Position numbers and translations under genes: made by a program
Assembly (NCBI GenBank): GCA_037481775.1
Contig: JBBFKZ010000001.1
Location: 179,378-243,377, forward strand
Source: Candidatus Bathyarchaeia archaeon
GTDB taxonomy: Archaea; Thermoproteota; Bathyarchaeia; Bathyarchaeales; Bathycorpusculaceae
Direction: 5' to 3'
Length of the DNA stretch: 64,000 nucleotides
Shown here: positions 9,698 through 20,221 of the stretch, piece after piece
How the letters are laid out: every line of letters begins with the position of its first letter
Position numbering within the stretch: position 1 is the stretch's first letter
The notes under the pieces: generated by a model
What the model was told of the DNA's origin: nothing
What the model saw: only the letters and a program-made list of their open reading frames with translations
The model's database searches: none

Positions 9698-11220
9698 AGT
9701 CCACTGTACTTTTCTTCTAAATACCGCAAGTAAGGCTCAGCGTCCAGTTTTCTTCCAGTTACTTTAGTTATCAAGTCTGGCGGGTCATACAAGGCGCCAT
9801 GTGAATGAACGTTTTTAGCAAGCCATGCTATGATGTCTTTCGCGTTGCCCTGTGCAAGTTGGCTTCGCCAATCTTTTATATCGCTGGCTAAAGCGGCGAG
9901 CAGCTGCCCACTGTAGATGTTGCCTAAAGCGTAGCTTGGGAAGTAGCCGTAGTACCCGCTTGCCCAATGCGTATCTTGCATCACTCCTTCAGAGTCATTT
10001 TCAATTTTCAAGCCAAGAAGCTCCTCGTACTTTTGATTCCATACCTCTGGCAGCTGACTAACTTCGACTTTGTTTCCGAACAGGTCCTTCTCAATTTGGA
10101 ATCGAATTATTATGTGAAGGCAATAGGTTACCTCGTCGGCTTCCACGCGAATCTTTGAGGGCTTAACCTCGTTTATAGCGTGCACAAACGGGTCTAACTC
10201 AAGATGCGCTAGGCTCGAGCCAGCTATTGCTTTCAGCTTAGGTAGGAAGCTAATCCAGAATTCTCTGGAGCGCCCTACAATGTTTTCCACGAAGCGGGAT
10301 TGAGATTCATGTATACCATAAGAGCAGCTTGCGCCGACAGGCTGGTATTTCCATTCTCTCGGCAGTCCCTGCTCGTACAATGCGTGTCCAGTTTCATGAA
10401 GCACCGAGAAGATTGAAGATGCGAATTCTTCAGGGTAATAGTGTGTTGTAATTCTCACATCGTCATAATATCCCGTGGTGAAGGGATGCTCCGTTTCATC
10501 GATGCGCCCAGCGGCATCCGACGAGCTAACATCGTAGCCCATTGCCTCTGCAAGAGCTTTCGCGATTTGCCGCTGCGCTTCAATTGGAACATTGCATTTA
10601 AGCACCGCTGTATTCGGCTGGTTTGGCGCATTCTGAATCTTCCTAAGCAGAGCAACTAGCCCCTTTTGAAGCTGCTCAAAAATAGGCGCGATTGCCGCAG
10701 CGGTCATTTTAGGCTCAAAAATATCTATAAGCGCATCATAGGGTGTTGCTGTTGCCTTGACTTTCATGAGAATTTCTGCTTTTTCCCGGTTAAGCTCCAC
10801 AAGTTTCTGCAGCTCAGGCTGAAGCAGGCTGAAGCATTTTGCAGCTTTTGCTTTTTTCCAACTGTTCACTGTTAACGCTTGCTGCTTGGCGATTTCTGCA
10901 ACAAGCTTTTCCGGCAGCTGAGTTTGCTCATCATAATTTTTCTTGATAAGATAGACATTCCGCTTTTCTACCTCAGTTAAAGTGTCATATTGTGGGCTTG
11001 CGAGTATTTCGTTTAAGAGCTTTCCAATTTCTGGTGAAGTGCTCATCTTATGGCTGATGCGGCTTAACAGCGCAAGCTGCTGGCTCCGCTGCTCGATGCC
11101 CCTAGGCGGCATCATGGTTTCCATGTCCCAGTGAATTATGGCTTCAGCGGATTGCAGAACAATCAAGTCTTTGGCTAATTCAAGCAGCTTTTTATATGCT
11201 AAGTGCACTTCGGATGCCAT
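9685..11220 (-). CDS. Carboxypeptidase, M32 family (Taq-like)
   Basis: HPF, DVRITT, HETGH, HESQ, IRVEAD, QDTHW and GYFPSYALG motifs. Confidence 0.96.
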   Translation of the reverse strand: MASEVHLAYKKLLELAKDLIVLQSAEAIIHWDMETMMPPRGIEQRSQQLALLSRISHKMSTSPEIGKLLNEILASPQYDTLTEVEKRNVYLIKKNYDEQTQLPEKLVAEIAKQQALTVNSWKKAKAAKCFSLLQPELQKLVELNREKAEILMKVKATATPYDALIDIFEPKMTAAAIAPIFEQLQKGLVALLRKIQNAPNQPNTAVLKCNVPIEAQRQIAKALAEAMGYDVSSSDAAGRIDETEHPFTTGYYDDVRITTHYYPEEFASSIFSVLHETGHALYEQGLPREWKYQPVGASCSYGIHESQSRFVENIVGRSREFWISFLPKLKAIAGSSLAHLELDPFVHAINEVKPSKIRVEADEVTYCLHIIIRFQIEKDLFGNKVEVSQLPEVWNQKYEELLGLKIENDSEGVMQDTHWASGYYGYFPSYALGNIYSGQLLAALASDIKDWRSQLAQGNAKDIIAWLAKNVHSHGALYDPPDLITKVTGRKLDAEPYLRYLEEKYSGLYGF

Positions 11221-11371
11221 TTTTTTGTTTGTCTCCTGTTGTGCTTCTTTTAGCGAGCGCTTGCAAGAAAAGACTTGTGTTTCTAAATGAGGCTGCAGCG
11301 GTTGGCGCCTAATGTTGAACGTCGGTAAATCTTAATAACGGCTCGTGTAATCTGTTTTTGTGTGGTGTGGA

Positions 11372-11644
11372 ATGAAACGGAAGTTGATGGAGATACTGGC
11401 TTGCCCCATAGACAAGCATCACCCGCTTGAGCTTTATGTTTTCGAAGAAAAAGATGAGATAACTGAGGGTTTGATTGTCTGCCCTAAGTGTCTTCGGTGG
11501 TATCCGATACGAGATGAAATTCCCGAGATGTTGCCTGATGAGCTGCGGAAAGAAACTGAAGATTTGCCGTTTTTGAAGAAATGGCGAGAAAAAATTCCTG
11601 AAAAAATAGTTTTCGAAGGTAAACCTTTTAGTCTGAAACGGTAA
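11372..11644 (+). CDS. Trm112 family methyltransferase activator
   Basis: LMEILACP...LIVCPKCLRWYPIRDEIPEML. Confidence 0.9.
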   Translation: MKRKLMEILACPIDKHHPLELYVFEEKDEITEGLIVCPKCLRWYPIRDEIPEMLPDELRKETEDLPFLKKWREKIPEKIVFEGKPFSLKR

Positions 11645-11652
11645 GAAGCGTT

Positions 11653-12600
11653 TTACTCCAGTTTTATTGCTTTATTCTTTGCTGAGGAGCGTAAGGCTGC
11701 TTCCGCGATCTCCAGCGCCTTTAAGCCGTCCACACCGGTTATCAGCGGCTTCTTCTTCGCTAGTATGCAATCGGCGAAGTGCTGCAACTCGAGTTTTAAG
11801 GGCTCCTGCCAAGCGTATCTCGGCATTAAAGTTGCTTTTTGATCCTCAATCCATAATTCCTGCGTCATGTAATCAAGCCGCATTATGGCGTTGCTGCCCG
11901 TGACTGTGAGCAGCCGCGTTTTATACGGCGTTAACCAGTTAGATTCTATAAACGCGCTTTTTCCATCTTTGTAGGTAAGCATTATCTGCGCGTAATCCTC
12001 AAACTTTCTGTGCATCATGCTTCCTGTTTTTGCGTAAACCATGATGGGCTCCTCATCGAATATGAAACGCATAACATCTATGTCATGTATTGCCGTGTCT
12101 TTAACTACGCCTACATCGCCTATCCTCTCAGGCCACTGAGAAAACCGCTTTGCAGTTGCACATACAAGTTCGCCGATTTCCTTTTTCTCCACCGCTCTTC
12201 TAATGTGCTGCAGCCCAGGAATAAACCTCATCAAAAAGCCAACTGTCAAGTGCAAGCCGTTTTTCTCGGCTGTTTCCAGAAGCGTTTTCGCCTGCTTCGT
12301 GTTCGCAGCCATGGGCTTCTCGACTAAGACATGCTTTCCAGCGTTAAGCGCCTTCAAGGCCTCCTTCGCAAGCATGGTTGACCATGTGCATACGCTTACG
12401 GCTTCAATATCCTCATTTTTCAGCATTTTCGCGCTATTCGTGTATGCTTTGATGCCATACTGTCTGGCTATGCTTTTTGCTCTTTCAGCGTTTACGTCGC
12501 AAACAGCCACCAACTCTGTGGATTCAATCTCTTTATAGGCGCGCGCATGATTTTTTCCCCAGCCTCCTACGCCTATTACCGCTACGCCCAGCTTTCTCAT
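11653..12600 (-). CDS. Gfo/Idh/MocA oxidoreductase (WbpB-like nucleotide-sugar 3-dehydrogenase)
   Basis: GVGGWG, VEKP and DTAIHDID motifs; lies in a sugar-nucleotide operon. Confidence 0.88.
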   Translation of the reverse strand: MRKLGVAVIGVGGWGKNHARAYKEIESTELVAVCDVNAERAKSIARQYGIKAYTNSAKMLKNEDIEAVSVCTWSTMLAKEALKALNAGKHVLVEKPMAANTKQAKTLLETAEKNGLHLTVGFLMRFIPGLQHIRRAVEKKEIGELVCATAKRFSQWPERIGDVGVVKDTAIHDIDVMRFIFDEEPIMVYAKTGSMMHRKFEDYAQIMLTYKDGKSAFIESNWLTPYKTRLLTVTGSNAIMRLDYMTQELWIEDQKATLMPRYAWQEPLKLELQHFADCILAKKKPLITGVDGLKALEIAEAALRSSAKNKAIKLE

Positions 12601-13952
12601 CTATTTCTTACTCCTCGACCTAACCCACGATATATGAACCCTTCTTTTTCAACTTTTTGTGTTTCAATCACGCCTGCCAAATCAACCAAAGCCGGAGGCG
12701 CCTTCATAACTGCATATAGCTTTTTGAGATTTAGACGTTTAAAAACGTCCAGCGGGCTAATTATCATTATGCAGTCTGCGCCTTCTGCAGCTTCAATTAA
12801 ACTTTTTTTAAGCATACGCGACCCACTTGCCTGCTCATATACTGAAGGCACGGGGTCATAGAGGTTCAGCTTCGCGCCTTTCTTTTCCAGCATATGCACA
12901 AGTTTTTCCGCCGCCGTCTGAGGCTGAAAGTTGCCCAGCAAAGCAATTCGCGCTCTTCTTAATGTTTTCCCACAGCCGTGCAGCGCATCTTGCGCCAAGT
13001 TGACTGCGTGACTTGCCATCTGCTCATTGATTTGCCTAGCAAGTCCCGGCAACCGAAGCTTGACTGTTAGGTTTTCGGCGTTTTCAAGCAGAAGGTACGC
13101 GCCATCTCGGCAGTTTTCCTCAGCAATCGTCGGTGAGAAACCTGTATCTTGCAGGCCTGCGGCTTTTATAGTTTCAATGTAATCTATGCCTGCGCTTTCA
13201 CAGAAAATAGCTAATTCGTTAGCTAATGCCATGTGTGCATCTTTTTTTGCGATGGCAAAGAGCGTAGCGGCCTCAGCAGTTTTTATGTCACTTATCTTGT
13301 GTACAGCTTTTTCAGTTACGGTTTCTAAGACTTTTGAAGCGGAGTCTAAGCTGTTTTTGTCTACGGCAGCTATCTTTAACTCTTGGTCTCTAATTGTGAC
13401 AGACCTTTGGCTGTGTGGAATATAAATGGGGTTGTAGGCAAAACCTAGTGAATCGCCCACTTTGAACCCTGAGGTGTTCTCCAAAAGCTTTTTGATGACG
13501 CCTTCTGTAACACCGAACCCTGTTATGCCCGCGTAAATGACCAATGTGTCCCTATGTAGGGCTACACCAACCTGTTTGCATATCTTCTCTATTTCTGAGT
13601 AATCTGCTCTTTTCTTATCATCAAATTTTACTGGAATTGCTATAAGTATTATGTCACTCTGAGAAACCGCACTTTTTAAATCGCTTGTGGCGCTTATCTG
13701 CCCTGTTTTTGCAAAGCGTTTCAATTTAATCTCTGCTTCGCGGGCCACGTAGGGCACGTTGCCCTTCGCTATGCTCTTAATCACGCTCTGGTCTAAATCT
13801 GTGCATATAACTCTGTAGCCTGCTTCAGCGAAGGCAACAGCATAAAGAATGCCTGTTTGCCCGCAACCCACCACGCTTACCATGTATGCTTGACGCTTTT
13901 CAGCTGTGTCTATTTCTTCGGGTTTCAAATGTAGAATCGCGGGCATCAGCAC
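12597..13952 (-). CDS. UDP-glucose/GDP-mannose dehydrogenase family protein, degenerate active site
   Basis: GCGQTG Rossmann motif, LLENTSG, ALANEL and C-terminal YRGLGRG are present. Catalytic motifs are altered (AEAATL, AEENC). Confidence 0.8.
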   Translation of the reverse strand: MLMPAILHLKPEEIDTAEKRQAYMVSVVGCGQTGILYAVAFAEAGYRVICTDLDQSVIKSIAKGNVPYVAREAEIKLKRFAKTGQISATSDLKSAVSQSDIILIAIPVKFDDKKRADYSEIEKICKQVGVALHRDTLVIYAGITGFGVTEGVIKKLLENTSGFKVGDSLGFAYNPIYIPHSQRSVTIRDQELKIAAVDKNSLDSASKVLETVTEKAVHKISDIKTAEAATLFAIAKKDAHMALANELAIFCESAGIDYIETIKAAGLQDTGFSPTIAEENCRDGAYLLLENAENLTVKLRLPGLARQINEQMASHAVNLAQDALHGCGKTLRRARIALLGNFQPQTAAEKLVHMLEKKGAKLNLYDPVPSVYEQASGSRMLKKSLIEAAEGADCIMIISPLDVFKRLNLKKLYAVMKAPPALVDLAGVIETQKVEKEGFIYRGLGRGVRNR

Positions 13953-13975
13953 GTGTTCTCCAAAAGTTTACTTAT

Positions 13976-15343
13976 TTAAAGGGTTTTGAGGATTTTTTCA
14001 AGCTTCAGACTATACTCTTCAACTAGCTTCCGTGCTTTCTCTGGGCTTTTCGCTTCCGCGTATAACCTATAAATTGGTTCAGTTCCGCTGGGTCTTATCA
14101 GAATGGAGCTTTTATCCTCAAACCATATTTTTACGCCGTCAATGGTGCTTATGTTTAAGCCTTGCACTTGACCAAGCAGTTTTTGAAGTACTTTGTCTTT
14201 TTTGTCTTCTGGGCACTCAATCTTTCCTTTTTCAATGAAATACTGTGGTTGCTCTGCAATCAACTGCGAAAGCGTCTTGCCTGCTTTAGCCATTATCTCC
14301 AGGATTAGGGCAGTTGTCATCGAGCCGTCGCGAACCGCTTGGTGTGGACCGTAAAAAACTCCGCCGTTTTCTTCACCGCCCAGCTTCGCTTTTATTGCTT
14401 TCATCGTTTGAGAAACCGTTACGCTTCCAACCTTGGTCCAAACTATTTCGCCACTATAGGCGTCGGCAACATCCTTTACAAGCGTTGAGGAACTGACCGG
14501 CGTGACTATCTTTTCATTTGGGTTTCTAATGAGAAACTCTTTTTCAATCAACGCGAAGGTCTTGTCGCCCCAGTGAATTTCTCCCTTTTCGTCTACAAAT
14601 ATGGCTCGGTCAGCGTCTCCGTCAAATGCAACGCCTAAATCCGCGTCCACAGCCCGCACAATCCTCGCAAGCTCTGTTAGGTTTTCTGGGCGCGGCTCCG
14701 GCATTCTGCCCGGAAAAGTTCCGTCAATATTAGCGTTAATCGTGGTGACTTTACAGTTTAATTCACGTAGAAGACGCGGCGCTGCAAGACTGCCAACGCT
14801 ATTAGCTGTGTCCACTACAACATGAATTTTTTTTCTTGCTATCTCAGAAACATCCACGTGTTTCTTTATTGCTTCGATGTACTCGTCATTTACTGTTGGC
14901 AATTCATGCGTAGCGCCCAGTTTATTCCATTCAGCAAATACTTGCTTGCCTTCAAAATAGATTTTCTCTATTTCAATTTCCTGCTCGTGAGAAATTTCTA
15001 TGCCATCTTTCCAGATGACTTTTATGCCGTTATATTCAGGTGGGTTGTGCGACGCCGTTATTATTACGCCACCGTCCATGCAATGATTTTTTATCGCATA
15101 TTGCAGTGCAGGAGTTGGCGCCATCCCCGCGAAATACACGTTGCAGCCAGTGGCTACTAAGCTGGCGGTGACTGCCTTAGCAAACATTGGGCCGCTGGTT
15201 CTAGCGTCATGTCCCAGTAGCAGGTTTTTCTTTTTGAAGAAAGTTCCGATGGCTGAGCCTATTTTCACTGCCATTTCAGGAGTTAATTCCTTGTTTGTTA
15301 ATCCGCGGATGCCGTTTGTCCCGAAAAGCTTGTTTGCACCCAT
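13976..15343 (-). CDS. glmM: Phosphoglucosamine mutase / phosphohexomutase
   Basis: FGTNGIRG, TASHNP, DGDADR, GGEENG and RPSGTEP motifs. Confidence 0.92.
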   Translation of the reverse strand: MGANKLFGTNGIRGLTNKELTPEMAVKIGSAIGTFFKKKNLLLGHDARTSGPMFAKAVTASLVATGCNVYFAGMAPTPALQYAIKNHCMDGGVIITASHNPPEYNGIKVIWKDGIEISHEQEIEIEKIYFEGKQVFAEWNKLGATHELPTVNDEYIEAIKKHVDVSEIARKKIHVVVDTANSVGSLAAPRLLRELNCKVTTINANIDGTFPGRMPEPRPENLTELARIVRAVDADLGVAFDGDADRAIFVDEKGEIHWGDKTFALIEKEFLIRNPNEKIVTPVSSSTLVKDVADAYSGEIVWTKVGSVTVSQTMKAIKAKLGGEENGGVFYGPHQAVRDGSMTTALILEIMAKAGKTLSQLIAEQPQYFIEKGKIECPEDKKDKVLQKLLGQVQGLNISTIDGVKIWFEDKSSILIRPSGTEPIYRLYAEAKSPEKARKLVEEYSLKLEKILKTL

Positions 15344-15363
15344 TCTTGAGTCTCCCGTTCTGT

Positions 15364-16452
15364 TTAAAAGATAATATTGGCTCTTAAATGGTTTTCAGAA
15401 ACTTCTTTAGCTGGGCAAACTGCTGTTCCTTCCGCAAGTGAGACGCCGTCTTTGATTTTCGCTTGATCGGCTACAATGCAGCCCATGCTGATTTTGGCTT
15501 TTTTCCCTATAGTGACGGCTTCACCTATAATCGCACCCTCTATCATTGTGTAGTCATCTATTTGCGCATCTGGAAAAATTACCGAATCGCGTATTTGCAC
15601 GTTTTTCCCAACGATAACGTTTTTCCCCAGTATCGCGTATGGTCCTATCACAGAGTTTTCGCCAATAGAAATCCCCTTGTCTAAAGCCACGGGTTGCCTA
15701 ATTTCGAACTTGCCTGCCGCGCATACTTTTTGAGTTTTGGCAAGTGTATCGAGAATAATTTTGTTCGTCTGCAAGTACTCCTCTGGCTTGCCAATGTCTT
15801 TCCACACCCCACTAATGACATGCCCATAAAGTTTGCCTTCTCCCGCCAATTTCGGAAAGACCTCTCGCTCCATCGATACTGCTCTCCCTTTTGGAATATA
15901 ACTTAGGACCTTCGGGCTGAGCACGTAAATCCCCGCGTTTATCAAGTTGGTCGGCGCTGTGCCCTTTGCTGGTTTTTCAACGAATCTCTTCACGAGCCCT
16001 TCCTTCGTAATTTCGGCTACTCCGTATCTGCTTGGGTCTTCAACTTCGCAGAGAGCAATTGTGGCTAAAGCGTTGGTTTCTCTGTGGTTCGCTACTATTT
16101 CTTCATAGTTGACATATGCGAATATGTCGCCGTTTAAAACTAGGAACGGCTCTGCGTTGTCTAGTAGCTTTTCAGCCTTTTTTATTGGCCCTGCTGTTCC
16201 AAGCGGCGTTTTAGGTGGATCAATGGAGTATCTTATCCGTAATCCGCTTTTTGGGATTCGCTGCTTTTTAATGTAGAATTCTGTTTGCATATTAACTGCT
16301 AATATCGCATCTTTGATGTCGCTTCGCGCAAGTTGCTCGAAAATCCATTGAAGCAAAGGCTTGTTAACTATCGGAAACAAAGTTTTAGGTCTTGTGCAGC
16401 TCAGCGGTCTCAATCTGGTGCCGAATCCACCTGCAAGGATTAAAGCCTTCAA
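15364..16452 (-). CDS. Sugar-1-phosphate nucleotidyltransferase with left-handed beta-helix (mannose-1-P guanylyltransferase/GlmU-like)
   Basis: LAGGFGTRLRPL, PLGTAG and FVEKP motifs; hexapeptide repeats. Confidence 0.92.
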   Translation of the reverse strand: MKALILAGGFGTRLRPLSCTRPKTLFPIVNKPLLQWIFEQLARSDIKDAILAVNMQTEFYIKKQRIPKSGLRIRYSIDPPKTPLGTAGPIKKAEKLLDNAEPFLVLNGDIFAYVNYEEIVANHRETNALATIALCEVEDPSRYGVAEITKEGLVKRFVEKPAKGTAPTNLINAGIYVLSPKVLSYIPKGRAVSMEREVFPKLAGEGKLYGHVISGVWKDIGKPEEYLQTNKIILDTLAKTQKVCAAGKFEIRQPVALDKGISIGENSVIGPYAILGKNVIVGKNVQIRDSVIFPDAQIDDYTMIEGAIIGEAVTIGKKAKISMGCIVADQAKIKDGVSLAEGTAVCPAKEVSENHLRANIIF

Positions 16453-16757
16453 TCAACGTCACCCTTTAAAGGGGATTATACTATCTGTATGTTTTAATAT
16501 AAACAGTTATGGCGGAAAATTGCCAGCGTACTGCAAAAGCTAAAGATTCAGTCCCGTACTCCTCCTATAAATAGGCGATTTTGATTTAGCCCAAAATTTT
16601 TTAGTGATAATTTTTGTCGCTTAATCATCTTTATTTGTTTATTGAACTAAGAGGAAACAGCTGAACATTGCATGTTGAATATAACCTGCTGGTTTTCGAT
16701 TAAAATACTGCGTTACGGTTATATGTTGCTGGTGTAAAACAGAAGGGGAGAACGCCT

Positions 16758-18200
16758 ATGTCAGACATGGGAGTAACCGTTAAAAAAAGCGAAAACTTCT
16801 CAGAATGGTACACGGAGGTAGTTTTAAAATCAGGGCTAGCTGACTACGCCCCAATAAAGGGTTGCATGGTTTTCCGCGAGCTTTCCTACGCCATCTGGGA
16901 GAAAATCCAGGAAATTTTCAACAAGAAGATAAAGGCGACTGGCCACAAGAACGTTTATTTCCCCATGTTTATACCTGAGAGCTTTCTGAAGAAAGAGGCA
17001 GAGCACTTTGCAGGGTTTATTCCAGAAGTTGCTTGGGTAACCGAAGGTGGCGATTCACCATTAGAGGAGAGGCTCGCCGTAAGGCCGACTTCTGAAACGA
17101 TAATTTACGCTACTTACGCGAAATGGATTAGAAGCTGGCGAGACCTGCCAGTCAAGCTTAATCAATGGTGCAATGTTGTCAGATGGGAAACCAAGGCAAC
17201 TAAGCCCTTCCTTAGAACCAGAGAATTCCTATGGCAAGAGGGGCACACTGCACATGCGACAAAAGCTGACTCAGATAAAGAAGTGATGGACATCCTAAAC
17301 GATTACAAGGATTTAATGGAAAACTACCTCGCAATCCCCGTGCTTATCGGCGTGAAAACCGACAAAGAAAAGTTCGCTGGCGCTCTTTACACGACAACGC
17401 TGGAAGCAATGATGCCTGATGGGAAAGCTTTACAGATGGGTACATCACATAATTTGGGACAAAATTTCGCCAAGGTTTTTGACATAAAATTCATAGGAGA
17501 AGATGAGAAGGAGCATCATGTTTGGCAAACCTCATGGGGCATATCCACACGGCTGATAGGCGCGCTTGTTATGGTTCACGGCGACGACAAGGGCTTAGTA
17601 ATCCCTCCGAAAGTTGCGCCAATACACGTTGTCATAGTGCCTATACCGTACAAGGACGCGGACTCCACGGCGATATTGGCAAAAGCCAAAGAAATTCTGG
17701 CAAAACTCGAAGCGTGTGGCATAACCGCAATTTTGGATGATAGAGAAGAATACACGCCTGGATGGAAATTCAACGAGTGGGAACTGAAGGGTGTGCCCAT
17801 ACGTATAGAGATAGGCCCAAGAGATCTTAAGCAAAACCAGCTAACCATAGCGAGAAGAGACACCTGCCAGAAAACTGCAGTTAAGATGGAAGATGCCGTG
17901 CAAGCTGTAGAAAAGCTCCTTGAGGACATCCAAAGCAACTTGTACGCCAAAGCTAAAGCAGCCTTAATGGAAAAAACAACTACTGTGCGTAGCTATGATG
18001 ATTTTCAGCGGACGCTCCGAGAGAAAGGCGGCTTCATCAAAGCGCCTTGGTGTGGTAGCAGCGACTGCGAAGAGAAGATCAAGGACGAAACAGGCGCCAC
18101 AATTAGGCTGAAACCATTCGAAAAAGAGGCGCCCACAGCCAACTGCATTTGCTGCGGTGCAAAAGCTGTGGAAATGGTGTACTTCGCCAAATCCTATTAA
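16758..18200 (+). CDS. proS: Prolyl-tRNA synthetase (archaeal/eukaryotic type)
   Basis: RPTSET, RTREFLWQEGHT and SWGISTR motifs; C-terminal Zn site and FAKSY. Confidence 0.98.
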   Translation: MSDMGVTVKKSENFSEWYTEVVLKSGLADYAPIKGCMVFRELSYAIWEKIQEIFNKKIKATGHKNVYFPMFIPESFLKKEAEHFAGFIPEVAWVTEGGDSPLEERLAVRPTSETIIYATYAKWIRSWRDLPVKLNQWCNVVRWETKATKPFLRTREFLWQEGHTAHATKADSDKEVMDILNDYKDLMENYLAIPVLIGVKTDKEKFAGALYTTTLEAMMPDGKALQMGTSHNLGQNFAKVFDIKFIGEDEKEHHVWQTSWGISTRLIGALVMVHGDDKGLVIPPKVAPIHVVIVPIPYKDADSTAILAKAKEILAKLEACGITAILDDREEYTPGWKFNEWELKGVPIRIEIGPRDLKQNQLTIARRDTCQKTAVKMEDAVQAVEKLLEDIQSNLYAKAKAALMEKTTTVRSYDDFQRTLREKGGFIKAPWCGSSDCEEKIKDETGATIRLKPFEKEAPTANCICCGAKAVEMVYFAKSY

Positions 18201-18215
18201 ACAGCATCTGCTTTA

Positions 18216-20048
18216 CTATTCAGCTATCTTGACGTACTTGCCAAGCTGCTTGGCCACATCATCTAACCCAAGCCTCTTCAATGTTGCTTTTCTCGGTATT
18301 CCCCGCTCATCCCAGCCTCTCTTCTGATAATACTTTTGTAGCATAATATTGTAATTTTCCAAGTCGAGTTTGGCACCTTTCAGGGGTCCTTTAGTTAACG
18401 GCTCTTTAAACCATCTTACAGGCGGCACGTCCATCTCACTTGACCAGCGGCTTCCATACTCGCGCACCCAAAAAGCTCGAATCAAATTCCATACGCGCTC
18501 GCCTATTTCATTTAGTCTGTTCCAAGTGAACTCCACGCCAGTGGCAACGCGGAGAAAACGAGTGTACCACTGCAGTTCTAACCCAAGCGAAATACTTGGG
18601 AACCGGCAAACTGTTAAAGATTCAAAAACTCCACCGCGCTGATGCTGCATCTCTATAATCTTGACAATTTTTTCTTCGCTATAGCTTCCGCGGTTAACTT
18701 TAACTTCCCAGGAAATCAGCCATGCATCCTTATGATGCGCGCCAATTGCGCTGGTGCCGTAAGCCAACGCCATGCCGGGCGCAGCGTGGCAATTGTAGGC
18801 GGAGACTTCTAACCCCTTAACGTGCATTGCCCACTCGTTTGCGCCGTAACCTATTTTTGCAGCGGCAGCTTGTGCTCCTTCAGCGAGAACATCGCCTAGT
18901 CCGCGCCTATACGCTATGTCTTCAATTAGCTGTTTGGCTTCCGCATATTCTCCCCAGTTGAGCTTATCAGCGATTCGATGCTTCTCGGATGCTTCAATGG
19001 CAAAGCCCAACACGTTGCCAAGCGAAATCGAGTCTAGGCCCAGTTCGTCTGCCATGCGGTTTAAAGCCGCAACCTGTCTGAGGCTGCCTAATCCTATATT
19101 AGCACCGAGCATTGCCACGTTCTCGTAATCCAGCTCCGCTTCCCTTCTATGTGCGTCTCTGATAACATTGCCGCATGTCATGTTGCATTGGGGGCAGCCG
19201 CGGTTGGAAACCTTGATTTTCTCCATGGCGAAACCGCCTATCTTGTCTGCTTTATCAAAAACGGCTTCTTGGAAATTGAAGGTTGGTAGCACACTATTTT
19301 CTTGGCTCCACTCTATAGTTGACATTGTTCCCTGCCGTTTCCAAAAGGTGTAGAGAGGCAATGTTAACACTTCCCTGTAGCTTGCTGCACTAAGCTCTTT
19401 CATCTCTTTAGGATATGCAAGCGGCAGGCTGTCAAAACCTTCAAAAACGACTGCTTTCAGATTTTTGGAGCCCATAACTGCGCCCATTCCAGGTCTTCCA
19501 CCCGAACGGCCTTCCTGAGCGATGACGGTGGCAAACTTGACGAGGTTCTCCCCTGCTGGGCCAATAGATACAATGCCCGCGCTTTGTCCATAAATGTCCT
19601 TCAGCTGTGCCTCGGTTTCGAATGTGCTTAAGCCCCAGAAATCTTTAGCGTCCACAAACTCGGCCGTTTTATCCTTAATATGAAGAATGATAGGTGTCTC
19701 TGCTTTTCCCTCAATAATAACGGCGTCGTAACCAGCTTTACGCATCTGAACCGCAGCGGTGCTCCCAATGTTTCCATCACCATAACCGCCTGTCAGAGGG
19801 CTCTTCGCTGCTACAACAAACTTACCGCTGTTCGGTAAGCCTATCCCCGTCAATGGCCCAGCCGCAAAGACAAGCTTATTTTCCGGCGATAGTGGTTCGG
19901 TTCCAGGTTTTAGCCCGTCCCACAGAATCTTGGCGGCGAAGCCTCTGCCGCCGAGAAAATTCAGGGCCATGTTCGCGTCATATGACTCTGCAACTGCCTT
20001 GTTCTTGCTTAGGTTAACTTGCAAGAAAACTCCATTCCACCCAAACAT
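18216..20048 (-). CDS. Tungsten-dependent aldehyde:ferredoxin oxidoreductase family protein
   Basis: FLGGRG, KSPLTG, IGPAGENLV, GAVMGSKNLK, CxxCxxxC and DELGLD motifs. Start set at MFGWNG. Confidence 0.93.
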   Translation of the reverse strand: MFGWNGVFLQVNLSKNKAVAESYDANMALNFLGGRGFAAKILWDGLKPGTEPLSPENKLVFAAGPLTGIGLPNSGKFVVAAKSPLTGGYGDGNIGSTAAVQMRKAGYDAVIIEGKAETPIILHIKDKTAEFVDAKDFWGLSTFETEAQLKDIYGQSAGIVSIGPAGENLVKFATVIAQEGRSGGRPGMGAVMGSKNLKAVVFEGFDSLPLAYPKEMKELSAASYREVLTLPLYTFWKRQGTMSTIEWSQENSVLPTFNFQEAVFDKADKIGGFAMEKIKVSNRGCPQCNMTCGNVIRDAHRREAELDYENVAMLGANIGLGSLRQVAALNRMADELGLDSISLGNVLGFAIEASEKHRIADKLNWGEYAEAKQLIEDIAYRRGLGDVLAEGAQAAAAKIGYGANEWAMHVKGLEVSAYNCHAAPGMALAYGTSAIGAHHKDAWLISWEVKVNRGSYSEEKIVKIIEMQHQRGGVFESLTVCRFPSISLGLELQWYTRFLRVATGVEFTWNRLNEIGERVWNLIRAFWVREYGSRWSSEMDVPPVRWFKEPLTKGPLKGAKLDLENYNIMLQKYYQKRGWDERGIPRKATLKRLGLDDVAKQLGKYVKIAE

Positions 20049-20221
20049 GCGTATCACCGCGCGCGTGTGCCATATAATAAACGACGGAAATAAAAGTTTA
20101 ATCAACCGTTACGAATACTGTCCTCTACAGAACACATGCATTTTCATTCGGGTTCCTCGGTTCTTCGGAAGCTTTATGTTTTGGAATAGCGCAAGTGTGA
20201 AGTTATGCAGGGGCTTTAACA

